Positions 39,743 to 48,292 of a stretch of 64,000 nt of DNA are shown here, one piece after another. This DNA comes from an uncultured Lachnospiraceae bacterium (lineage in GTDB: Bacteria > Bacillota > Clostridia > Lachnospirales > Lachnospiraceae), in contig CAMBAN010000001.1 of assembly GCA_945864145.1 (NCBI GenBank), positions 10,175 through 74,174 of the forward strand. Reading direction: 5' to 3'. Below the pieces are notes generated by a model that saw nothing but the letters and a program-made list of their open reading frames with translations, did not search any database and was not told where the DNA came from. Each line of letters begins with the position of its first letter. The stretch's first letter is position 1. The position numbers were made by a program, and so were the translations under genes.

Positions 39743-39931
39743 TTGAGAACTGAAAATTAGTGTGGTATGATATAAATGTATCATATTATAAATTTTAAAA
39801 TCTGGCTGCAGTCAGATTGTATTTCAGGGTTTTGAGTGGTTCAAAAGCTCCTGCATTATGCAGGGGCTTTTTTGTTGCCCGAAATCCTATGTTTTTAATG
39901 GATCAATGAGGATTCAGGAAAGGAGTTTTAT
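39743..39931 (+). promoter_or_regulatory. Promoter + attenuator-like structured leader, copy 3
   Basis: TTGAGA-17-TATGAT; ATCTGGCTGCAGTCAGAT; AGGGTTT...AAATCCT; GCTCCTGCA-TTA-TGCAGGGGC-T5. Confidence 0.75.
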
Positions 39932-41014
39932 ATGGAAAATAATATTTTCCGGCAGAGTTCATTTTCGCGAACAATTATTAATGAAGCGAAGATGGGTGCG
40001 TATTATACCGATGCAGAGCATTGCCGACGTATCGGAAGACTTCTGGATTTTCCAGAAGAATTTATTGCACTCGAACCATCTATTGGTGATGGAAGCGCAA
40101 TTGCGGCAACATTGGAGGAAGCTACTGTTATGCCAAAGATATATGGGGTAGAACTGAACCAGAACACATATGAGGAAATAAAAGATGATGAACGATTTTA
40201 TGTTTTGCCAGCGGATTTCCTTACAGGAGTTGTGGTGAGCAACCGGGTTTTTTCTTATTGCTTCTCCAATCCGCCATATGGTGTCGGTGAAGATGGGAAG
40301 ACTCGTCTGGAAAAAAGCTTTCTCGAAAAGATAAGTAATTACATGTGTCCGGAAGGAATTCTGGTTTATGTAATTCCTTATCAGGTATTGCAGGAGGAAA
40401 GGTTTCTCCGAAGTTTGTTTTCGAGATTCACACCTTTAGCTGTTTTCAAATTTGATGATAAAGAATATGAAAAATATCATCAGGTTGTGGTGATCGCTCA
40501 AAAAAGGAGTCGGGAGGGATATCTGAGAGACTGGTATGAGAAATTCAAGGAACAAATTAGTGAAATTTCAAACATTTCCTATCTTCCTACGATTGATGAG
40601 CCAGTTGACAGAAAAATTCCGGTACCACCGTCGAGTGATGAAAAACTCACGTATTTTACAACACGTGAGTTTGATGCAGAAAATGCTGGGAAAAGGCTGA
40701 TGGGGAGCAATTTATATCTCATGATCGGGAAAAAAGGAATTCTTCCCTCTTATACAGCTACCGAATTAGGACATCCGGCAATTCCGCTGAAAAAGGATCT
40801 GTTATACCTTTGTGCAATATCAGGGGGAGGGCAGGGGCTTACTGGATCAGAGGAAAATCGGGATCTGCATCTTCAAAGAGGTGTGGCCAAGGTTGTCACG
40901 AATCAATTTTTGAAAAAAAGGGGAGAAGATAAGGCAGAATGTGTTGAAACTTCTTCTACGAAAATCACTCTTAATATTATTGAGAATGATGGAACTATCA
41001 CTGTTCTTGAATAG
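39932..41014 (+). CDS. N6-adenine DNA methyltransferase (DUF6094-like)
   Basis: MGAYYTD, motif I LEPSIGDG, YGVEL, motif IV NPPY. Confidence 0.85.
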   Translation: MENNIFRQSSFSRTIINEAKMGAYYTDAEHCRRIGRLLDFPEEFIALEPSIGDGSAIAATLEEATVMPKIYGVELNQNTYEEIKDDERFYVLPADFLTGVVVSNRVFSYCFSNPPYGVGEDGKTRLEKSFLEKISNYMCPEGILVYVIPYQVLQEERFLRSLFSRFTPLAVFKFDDKEYEKYHQVVVIAQKRSREGYLRDWYEKFKEQISEISNISYLPTIDEPVDRKIPVPPSSDEKLTYFTTREFDAENAGKRLMGSNLYLMIGKKGILPSYTATELGHPAIPLKKDLLYLCAISGGGQGLTGSEENRDLHLQRGVAKVVTNQFLKKRGEDKAECVETSSTKITLNIIENDGTITVLE

Positions 41015-41056
41015 TGCGCAGGTTTTTAACCAGAGATTCTGGAGAAAGAGGTTTTT

Positions 41057-44000
41057 ATGGAAAAAGTAATTTTAGGAGGGGCAATTGTTTATCTTGATTT
41101 TGCACTCCTTACAGATGTAGACGGACAGCTTGGAGTTATTTCATATTTTAATAGAAGTAATTCGCAGGTTCGCTCGTTTGGTGCCTCTCTGACATTTGAG
41201 AAGGGCATCCAGTTGGATAAAAAATTTTATTCAATTGAAGGTCAGAAATTTCAGACCTATATCCAGCCGGTTGTTGTGGGAAAGGAGAAATTTTACCACG
41301 CGATCAGCTTAAATACGGATCTGGGAGAAAATATTCTTCTATATGAAAAAGAAGGATGTTATGAGAGATTTTATGATTTCCTCATGACAAAATTTGATCT
41401 ACCACTTTTAAAACAGTGGGGAAAGACACTTTATGATACTTTTCGTGAAGAACAGAAAGTATGGGACAGATGTATTCTTATACAAGGAGAAAACAGTTTC
41501 ACAACATCAATTCCGATTGGTGGGAAAGATGTCATGTTATCGGATCTGCGGCTATCTGAAATTTCTATTAAAGAAGCAGATCTGCAGAATACGGTATCAA
41601 ATCTTCTTGCGGAGAAGAAAATCTGCATCAGCCCAAACCGGCAGAGAAAACTCCAGTTTAAGAACATGGATGAATATTTCAAAGAATACGGTTCATCTCT
41701 TGTAAAAAATCTGGAGAAAGACATTCATCCGTTACGCTCCCTTGATGGGGAGGTGCATGATTTTACGGTTAAAGGTAAAAGACTGTATCCACAGCAGATC
41801 GCGCAGGTGAATGGTGATGTTGCACTACTTGAAAATCACAGGTATGCGATTATTAACTCTGGAATGGGTACAGGGAAGACACTTATGGCTTCCTGCGTTG
41901 CAGAGAGTTTTTTTGTCCGAAAATGGCTACGGTTGCATCCGGATAAGACACTTGCTGATGCATATGCTTCTGACAGTAATATTTCCTATCGGAATATAGT
42001 AATGTGTCCCGGGCATCTGGCAGAGAAGTGGGCAAAGGAAATCAATGAGGAAATACCATTTGCGAAAGCAATGGTTATTTCAGATTTTAAACAGCTCATT
42101 AAACTGCGGGAGCATGGATCAAAGAGAGAAGGAAAAGAGTTTTTTATTCTGTCGAAGGACTTCTGCAAACTGTCCTATCAGAGTATTCCTACGCCGACTA
42201 AACAGCGAAAAGGAAAAGTGTACCACAAGGTATGCCGCGAGTGTGGGGCACTTGTGTATGGAGATGTCTGTGAATGTGGATCTAAAAGTTTTGAGATAAG
42301 AGATACATATTCCAAGAGGACGGGTATGGTGTGTCCCACTTGTGGCCGCATCCTTATTCCTTATGCAAAACCTGATAAGGACGTGGAGGAACAGAAAGTT
42401 TTGGATTGCAATTCTTTTTCTGCACCAAACGCAAAGAATGCAAAATGCGTTTTTTGTGGTGAAGATTTATGGCAGCCAAATGTGGCCAATATTGGAGAAA
42501 ACCGGGATAAGAAATGGATACGGGCAACCTTTTGGGCAAATAAGACCCATAAGGGGAAAAAGACCATATGGGTACATAAAGATCACATGGAAGAAGCCTG
42601 TATAAAAATGGAAAGTCATCCGCTTGCTGTTTTAGACAGATCTGGAGCCAGAAAATATGCTCCGGCGGAGTTTATCAAAAGATATTTAAAGGGGTTTTTT
42701 GATATAGCCATTTTTGACGAGATTCAGGACCTGAAAGGAGGAAATACCGGACAAGGACATGCAATGCATGCACTGATCCGTGCAAGCAGAAAGCAATTGT
42801 GCCTTACCGGAACTATTGCAGGCGGCATGGCAAATCATCTTTTCTATACATTGTACAGACTTGAGCCACAGCGTATGAAAAACAGGGGATTTGAATACAA
42901 GGATGAATTACAGTTCTCTGAAAAGTACGGGAAAGTGGAAAGAACTTTTGAATATGGAGGAAGGACAGACGGAGAATTTCGTGAGTGCTGTAAAGGGAAA
43001 ATGGTCTCGCAGGGACCAAAAGTAAAACCGGGTATATCCCCACTTATTTTTATGGATTTTCTGCTTGACCGGACAACATTTCTTGATTTATCTGATATGA
43101 GCCGATATCTTCCAAAATTAAAAGAAAATGTAGTGTCTGTGCAATACGAAACGGAATTAGAGGAGGATATGAAATCTTCCTATTTACAGGTGATAAATAA
43201 GCTGACTACAGCGTCACGCGATAAATCTCTTGGAGGGTTTGCACTGCTTTCAACGCAGCTGCAGTTTTCACTCTCTTATCTGGATAAACCGTATGGATTG
43301 TCACCTATTAAATCTCCGGTATCCGGCAGTATTGTCGTAAAGCCTGATGATTATTCAGAGTTTCAGTCTGTGGAAAAAGAAGAGCTTTTGCTTTCAAAAG
43401 AGAAAAGGCTCATTGATATTATAAGAAAAGAGCAGGCAGAGGGAAGAAATGTAGTTGTATACGCAGAATATACAGCAAGTCCAGAAACCTGTATCACATA
43501 CAGATTGAAAGAGATCATTGAAAAATATTGCAACCTGAAAGGTAAGGTAGAAGTGCTTGAGAGCAGTTCTCCGGCCGCACGTGAACGTGAAGCATGGATG
43601 CATAAAAAAGCCGCAGAGGGGATCAAGGTTTTTATCACGAACCCAAGATGCGTAAGTACGGGGCTTGATTTCTGTTTTGTGAAGGACGGGATTAAGTACA
43701 ATTATCCTACATTGATTTTTTATCAGTTGGGATATTCCATGTTTGTCACATGGCAGGCATCAAGACGTGCCTACCGGTTAAACCAGACGAAAGAATGCCG
43801 GAATTATTATCTTGCATGGTCTGGAAGTGTGCAGGAGGCAGTCATTTCGTTGATCGCAGAAAAACAGGCTGCAACATCAGCTATACAGGGAAAGTTTTCT
43901 ACAGAGGGCCTTGCTGCAATGGCAAATGGTGTTGATGAGAGAATGAAGCTTGCGCAGGCAATGGCAAACATGGATAGCATCACTGGAAACAATTTGCAGG

Positions 44001-44311
44001 AGATGTTTGATGTTTTGCAACAGGATCTCGAATCAACAGAGTATCGGGATTATAAGCCGATGCTTTTGTATAAAGAACTGGTTGGCGAGGAAGAAGCACC
44101 AACTGAATCCTTTGATGCGATTAAAACAGGTCAGCTTGGGATTTTTGATCTGTTTGAAACAATGGATGATAGCAGATCACAGGAACCGTCTGACACAGAC
44201 AGGGTAATAGATACTGTCTTTGTTGAATCGTCAGTTCCGGTTCTTCATCTTCATACGGCAAAAGCTGTTGGAAAGAAGAAGGTTGTCAGTGGACAGCTTT
44301 CGCTTTTTTAG
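41057..44311 (+). CDS. SNF2/SF2-like helicase with Zn-finger insertions
   Basis: LYPQQ, GMGTGKT, IFDEIQ, LTGT, STGLD, QASRRAYRLNQ; several CxxC pairs. Confidence 0.85.
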   Translation: MEKVILGGAIVYLDFALLTDVDGQLGVISYFNRSNSQVRSFGASLTFEKGIQLDKKFYSIEGQKFQTYIQPVVVGKEKFYHAISLNTDLGENILLYEKEGCYERFYDFLMTKFDLPLLKQWGKTLYDTFREEQKVWDRCILIQGENSFTTSIPIGGKDVMLSDLRLSEISIKEADLQNTVSNLLAEKKICISPNRQRKLQFKNMDEYFKEYGSSLVKNLEKDIHPLRSLDGEVHDFTVKGKRLYPQQIAQVNGDVALLENHRYAIINSGMGTGKTLMASCVAESFFVRKWLRLHPDKTLADAYASDSNISYRNIVMCPGHLAEKWAKEINEEIPFAKAMVISDFKQLIKLREHGSKREGKEFFILSKDFCKLSYQSIPTPTKQRKGKVYHKVCRECGALVYGDVCECGSKSFEIRDTYSKRTGMVCPTCGRILIPYAKPDKDVEEQKVLDCNSFSAPNAKNAKCVFCGEDLWQPNVANIGENRDKKWIRATFWANKTHKGKKTIWVHKDHMEEACIKMESHPLAVLDRSGARKYAPAEFIKRYLKGFFDIAIFDEIQDLKGGNTGQGHAMHALIRASRKQLCLTGTIAGGMANHLFYTLYRLEPQRMKNRGFEYKDELQFSEKYGKVERTFEYGGRTDGEFRECCKGKMVSQGPKVKPGISPLIFMDFLLDRTTFLDLSDMSRYLPKLKENVVSVQYETELEEDMKSSYLQVINKLTTASRDKSLGGFALLSTQLQFSLSYLDKPYGLSPIKSPVSGSIVVKPDDYSEFQSVEKEELLLSKEKRLIDIIRKEQAEGRNVVVYAEYTASPETCITYRLKEIIEKYCNLKGKVEVLESSSPAAREREAWMHKKAAEGIKVFITNPRCVSTGLDFCFVKDGIKYNYPTLIFYQLGYSMFVTWQASRRAYRLNQTKECRNYYLAWSGSVQEAVISLIAEKQAATSAIQGKFSTEGLAAMANGVDERMKLAQAMANMDSITGNNLQEMFDVLQQDLESTEYRDYKPMLLYKELVGEEEAPTESFDAIKTGQLGIFDLFETMDDSRSQEPSDTDRVIDTVFVESSVPVLHLHTAKAVGKKKVVSGQLSLF

Positions 44312-44396
44312 AATTTAGGTTTTCCATAGAGGAATACGATGAAAATACATATTTAGGTTATCCCGTCACCTTAGCGCGGGAAGAAAGAAGGTTATT

Positions 44397-45578
44397 ATGA
44401 GTACATTAAAAATTGAAAATGCCGCATTAAAAGAAGCTGTAAGAAAGTGTTCGGTTTCTGAAAAGGATACCATTACCCTTTTTGTGACAGAAAAAAAGAG
44501 CGGTGATAAAAACATTGCACAGCTTAAAACATGTAATGGGAATATGCAGACATCTGCACTTGTTCTTGTCGAAATCGACACAAAGGGTGGTGAAACTTTC
44601 ATTTTCCCATCAGCATTGTTTTCAAGTTCAGTATCAACTCTTGGAACTTACGCAGACGATGATTTTGAACTTACTATTCCGGAAAATGGTGGATTTTTAT
44701 CAATTTCCTGTGGCAGTGCAAGTGTGGACATTCCGCTTTTGTCAGAAGCCATTTCCATTGAAATGGCAGACGCAAAGAAAGAAAAGTATGCATATACAAA
44801 ATTTGCGTCAGCTACATTGAAAGAGGCCTTTTCTATTGGATCTGTTGCAATGGACAAGGAATGTCATCAGAAAGCGGCCGCAAATGCAGTCGATGTGGCT
44901 CCCGTATCAGGGAATAACGGGGAAAAAATGCTGCGTATCTGTGCATTGAATGAAAATTGTTCAATGATTTCTGTTGCTTATGCTCCGGTATTGCAGGAAA
45001 AAGGATTGGATAATTTGCTGGGTAAAAGAGAGTATGTATTAAACTCACTTTTTTGCAAGATTATTTCCTCCATTAAAAGTGATGAGGTTGAAATCCTGAT
45101 GTTCGAACGTCAGGTGATTGTAAGGGATGGTCTTGATTTTTACATTATTGTCCCAAATGCAGCAAAATATCCCGATGTATTAAAGGTATTGCAGGAAATT
45201 CAGCCTGATTATTCTGCGACTGTTTCAAAGGATAAACTGACAGGGGCTATAAATGTGTCCTTGTTGGGAAAAGAGGAAAAAGACGATCTTAAAATTTTGC
45301 TTGTTGTAGATGATAACAAGCTTAACGTCTCAAGTATCTCTAATGAGGGAAACCATGCGGATATTGAAGCAGCAGATTGTTCTGGGCAGATTAAAATCGG
45401 TGTAGATGGATCGCTTTTGCGTCGTGCAGCAGTCAGATTATCCGATACGGTGATTATCAGCGGAAACGGTGCCAAGGACCTGATTCACCTGAAAAGTCCG
45501 AATATTGATGGTTCTGTCAATATTTGCCCGGTGAATCTTCAGGCAAAGGACTGCGCGGAAAATGTCTCAGAAAAATAG
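44397..45578 (+). CDS. dnaN: Divergent DNA polymerase III beta sliding clamp
   Basis: 393 aa with a three-domain alpha/beta repeat pattern; YPDVLKVL, VSKDKLTGAI, IKIGVDGSLL, C-terminal ICPV. Confidence 0.65.
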   Translation: MSTLKIENAALKEAVRKCSVSEKDTITLFVTEKKSGDKNIAQLKTCNGNMQTSALVLVEIDTKGGETFIFPSALFSSSVSTLGTYADDDFELTIPENGGFLSISCGSASVDIPLLSEAISIEMADAKKEKYAYTKFASATLKEAFSIGSVAMDKECHQKAAANAVDVAPVSGNNGEKMLRICALNENCSMISVAYAPVLQEKGLDNLLGKREYVLNSLFCKIISSIKSDEVEILMFERQVIVRDGLDFYIIVPNAAKYPDVLKVLQEIQPDYSATVSKDKLTGAINVSLLGKEEKDDLKILLVVDDNKLNVSSISNEGNHADIEAADCSGQIKIGVDGSLLRRAAVRLSDTVIISGNGAKDLIHLKSPNIDGSVNICPVNLQAKDCAENVSEK

Positions 45579-45592
45579 TAGTTTTATATCTG

Positions 45593-45685
45593 GTGGAATG
45601 GTATCCGGCTTATGCCGGATGCTGTTTCCACATTTTAGGGCTTATACCTGTTTCTGTATCGCAGATATTGGTATAAGCCCTAAAA
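45593..45685. repeat. Two adjacent inverted repeats between the clamp gene and the T4SS promoter
   Basis: ATCCGGC-TTAT-GCCGGAT and TTTTAGGGCTTATACC...GGTATAAGCCCTAAAA (16-bp perfect arms). Confidence 0.75.
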
Positions 45686-45737
45686 TTTGCGCTTTAAAGT
45701 ATAAAAAATAAAACCCAAAATAAATTTCTTTTTCAGA

Positions 45738-45768
45738 TTGACATTTTATCAGGGTTTGAGCCTATGAT
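45738..45768 (+). promoter_or_regulatory. 19-bp-spacer promoter, copy 4 (T4SS operon)
   Basis: TTGACA-TTTTATCAGGGTTTGAGCC-TATGAT. Confidence 0.7.
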
Positions 45769-45798
45769 TTGTCAAATTTCAAAAAGGAGGAAAATTCA

Positions 45799-46227
45799 AT
45801 GGAGACCAAGAAAAAAGGGCTATTGGAAAAAATTAAAAACATTAAGTTAAAGGCAGGACTTGCGGTTTTTGCTGTTATGAACCTGCCAGCTACGCAGGTA
45901 TTTGCTGCTGGAGACGAAAAAAAATCTGACTCTTCAAATGATCTTTCGTTTCTTACAGATGGGTCAAAAGGAAATGGAGCTTTTGATAAGGCAACAAAAG
46001 CAGTACAGGAAACCGGAATTTCGGGACTTACTTTCGTAAGAACAGCCTGTCTTGTGGGTGCGGTAATGGCCATTATTATTTGCGGTTTTAAAATTGCGGC
46101 AAGCAAGGGTAGTACCAAGGAAGAGGGTAAATCCGGACTTTTATGGGCAGTAATTGGTATTGCGATAATTGTAGCAGCCGTATCTATTGCTGGAATGGCA
46201 ATGCAGTTTGGTAATGCGCTTGGATAA
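45799..46227 (+). CDS. TrbC/VirB2-like pilin
   Basis: Signal-like N-terminus (TQVFA), two TM helices, KEEGKSGLLWAVIG. Confidence 0.7.
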   Translation: METKKKGLLEKIKNIKLKAGLAVFAVMNLPATQVFAAGDEKKSDSSNDLSFLTDGSKGNGAFDKATKAVQETGISGLTFVRTACLVGAVMAIIICGFKIAASKGSTKEEGKSGLLWAVIGIAIIVAAVSIAGMAMQFGNALG

Positions 46228-46259
46228 ATAAGTAAATAAATATTTCTGGAGATGTAGAT

Positions 46260-46613
46260 ATGATATCAGTATTTGAAAAAATTGACAGTATTTATATTGG
46301 AATATTGCTAAAAACCAATTCAAAAGGGATGGATATGGACCCATTTCATTATATAAAAGACAACAATATCAGTGATAACAAAAGTCTACGGGCAACTGCA
46401 GTAAGTGCTTATTCATTGTTAAAAACAATAGGGATTATAGGCATTGTTCTAACGATTACTATATGTGGATTACAATTTGCTTTCGCTAAAAGTGGAAACA
46501 AGCTGGATGAGGTAAAGAAAAAACTTGCAGCTGAACTGGCAATAGGTGTTGTTATTTTTGGGTTTGTTTGGATCGCTGGAATCATTTTCTCCATCTCCAA
46601 AAAAGTTGTTTAA
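46260..46613 (+). CDS. Second VirB2-like two-TM protein (true start may be 46329 or 46335)
   Basis: Two TM helices with a KLDEVKKKL linker; paralogous pattern to the upstream pilin. Confidence 0.6.
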   Translation: MISVFEKIDSIYIGILLKTNSKGMDMDPFHYIKDNNISDNKSLRATAVSAYSLLKTIGIIGIVLTITICGLQFAFAKSGNKLDEVKKKLAAELAIGVVIFGFVWIAGIIFSISKKVV

Positions 46614-46636
46614 AAAGATTGTAAAAATTGATTTGA

Positions 46637-46990
46637 TTGGAGGAATTTATTTTGGGTTTACGACACCAGATACCATCAGAATTCACGGATGAAGATAGAT
46701 GGTTTAAGTTTTTTACAAAAACAACCCTGAAATACCTGATTGCAGGATTAGTTATCACATATCTTTTGTTTAAATTATTTGGGTTGATCGGATTCTCTCT
46801 TATTGGTGTGACAATAGGGTTAGTTATAACCATTGGATTGGTTTTTATTGCATCTTATCCGATTCCGGAGACACAGTATATCAAAGGGGCAAACCTTACG
46901 ATTGTCAGAATCCTTAAACGTAGATTGATACGTTACTTTAACAAATGTATATATGTTAAGGGATACAGAGGGGGTGGCAGTAAAAAGTGA
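46637..46990 (+). CDS. PrgI/VirB3-like membrane protein
   Basis: IPSEFTDEDRWFKFFT, two TMs, basic tail; upstream of virB4. Confidence 0.65.
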   Translation: MEEFILGLRHQIPSEFTDEDRWFKFFTKTTLKYLIAGLVITYLLFKLFGLIGFSLIGVTIGLVITIGLVFIASYPIPETQYIKGANLTIVRILKRRLIRYFNKCIYVKGYRGGGSKK

Positions 46991-48279
46991 GTTATATTTT
47001 TCAACAGTTAAATAACATTATGACAGGCATTCTTATTGTCATTACGGTATTTGCTGCCCTTTTCTTCCTGATTATGTATAGGAGCAGAAAGAAAAAAAGA
47101 GTAAGTTTTGATGAAGACGATACAGACTATGCCGAATTTGACAGGAAAAATGTTAAAGATTATATAAAAATCGATGAGGATGGGATTAAAGATGACATGA
47201 TCTCTCTTGAAAATGGGAAGAGATTCGTTGGAGTGATCAGGTGTTCCGGATTTGAATTTTACGATGAAGATTATGCGGTTCAGGCAGCTACCTGTCAGTC
47301 GTATTATGGATTTGTGAGTACGATCAATAAACCTATATCATACAGGCAGTATTCTAAACCTGTTGATTTGGAAAACACCATAAAGATATATCAGGACGTT
47401 TATCAGAATGTATTAGCTGAATATATGGCTGTAAGGGATGAGCTTAAAGACATTGCATCACATTTGAAGGAAACGCTAAAGGATTTATCTGATGAAGATA
47501 AGGGAATCTATGAAAAGCGTATCCGAGAGCTTGAAAGACAAATTGAAGCATATAAATTTCGACTGTTTCACATTAAGGATGAGATACGTGTTGTAAATAA
47601 ATATTCTTCCGGGGCGGTCTTGCCTGATCCGGTAGAAACGTATGTTTTTGAATGGCAGTATGATCCGATGGATTTTTCAACAGATTTAACCCAAGAGGAA
47701 ATATATGCTCGTGCAAAGCAGGAACTGAACGCGAAGGCATCATCCATGATACATGCACTCAGTAACAGTCATGTGAAGGCTGTTCGGTGTAAAACGGATG
47801 AACTCATTGAGATGTTCAGATTTTATTCATCTCCCGTATCGGCTTCACGATTTAAGCTGAAAGATATAAAAAATAGTTCTTTTTTTGATGACATTAACAC
47901 TTCAAATTCTCTTCATGATCTCCAAAAGCAGGTTGTCGATCAGGTGGCACTTAATTCCCAAATGGAATATATGAAAGAAATCCATGAGAATGCACAAGAG
48001 GCCGCAAAGCGAGCGCTGGATTCTTTGCAAGAAGTGTATCGGAAGGCAGAAGAGGAAGAAGATCGTTTAAGACAGGAAAGAGAAAATGGTAACGATTCTG
48101 AAGTAAAATCCCATCCTGTTAAAAATAATGTGGGGGAGCAGGAAAAGTCCACTGATTCTGAGGACAGTAATTCATATGTGACAGGAGAATCTGAGACGGA
48201 AAAATTAAAAAATAATAGCGATATCGCCAATATGATAAAGGATTCTGTATCTGGCCAATTACTGATCGAAGATGAATAG
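46987..48279 (+). CDS. T4SS-associated membrane-anchored coiled-coil protein
   Basis: N-terminal TM, coiled coil; lies between prgI and virB4. Confidence 0.5.
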   Translation: MSYIFQQLNNIMTGILIVITVFAALFFLIMYRSRKKKRVSFDEDDTDYAEFDRKNVKDYIKIDEDGIKDDMISLENGKRFVGVIRCSGFEFYDEDYAVQAATCQSYYGFVSTINKPISYRQYSKPVDLENTIKIYQDVYQNVLAEYMAVRDELKDIASHLKETLKDLSDEDKGIYEKRIRELERQIEAYKFRLFHIKDEIRVVNKYSSGAVLPDPVETYVFEWQYDPMDFSTDLTQEEIYARAKQELNAKASSMIHALSNSHVKAVRCKTDELIEMFRFYSSPVSASRFKLKDIKNSSFFDDINTSNSLHDLQKQVVDQVALNSQMEYMKEIHENAQEAAKRALDSLQEVYRKAEEEEDRLRQERENGNDSEVKSHPVKNNVGEQEKSTDSEDSNSYVTGESETEKLKNNSDIANMIKDSVSGQLLIEDE

Positions 48280-48292
48280 GAGGAAAGCAGAC

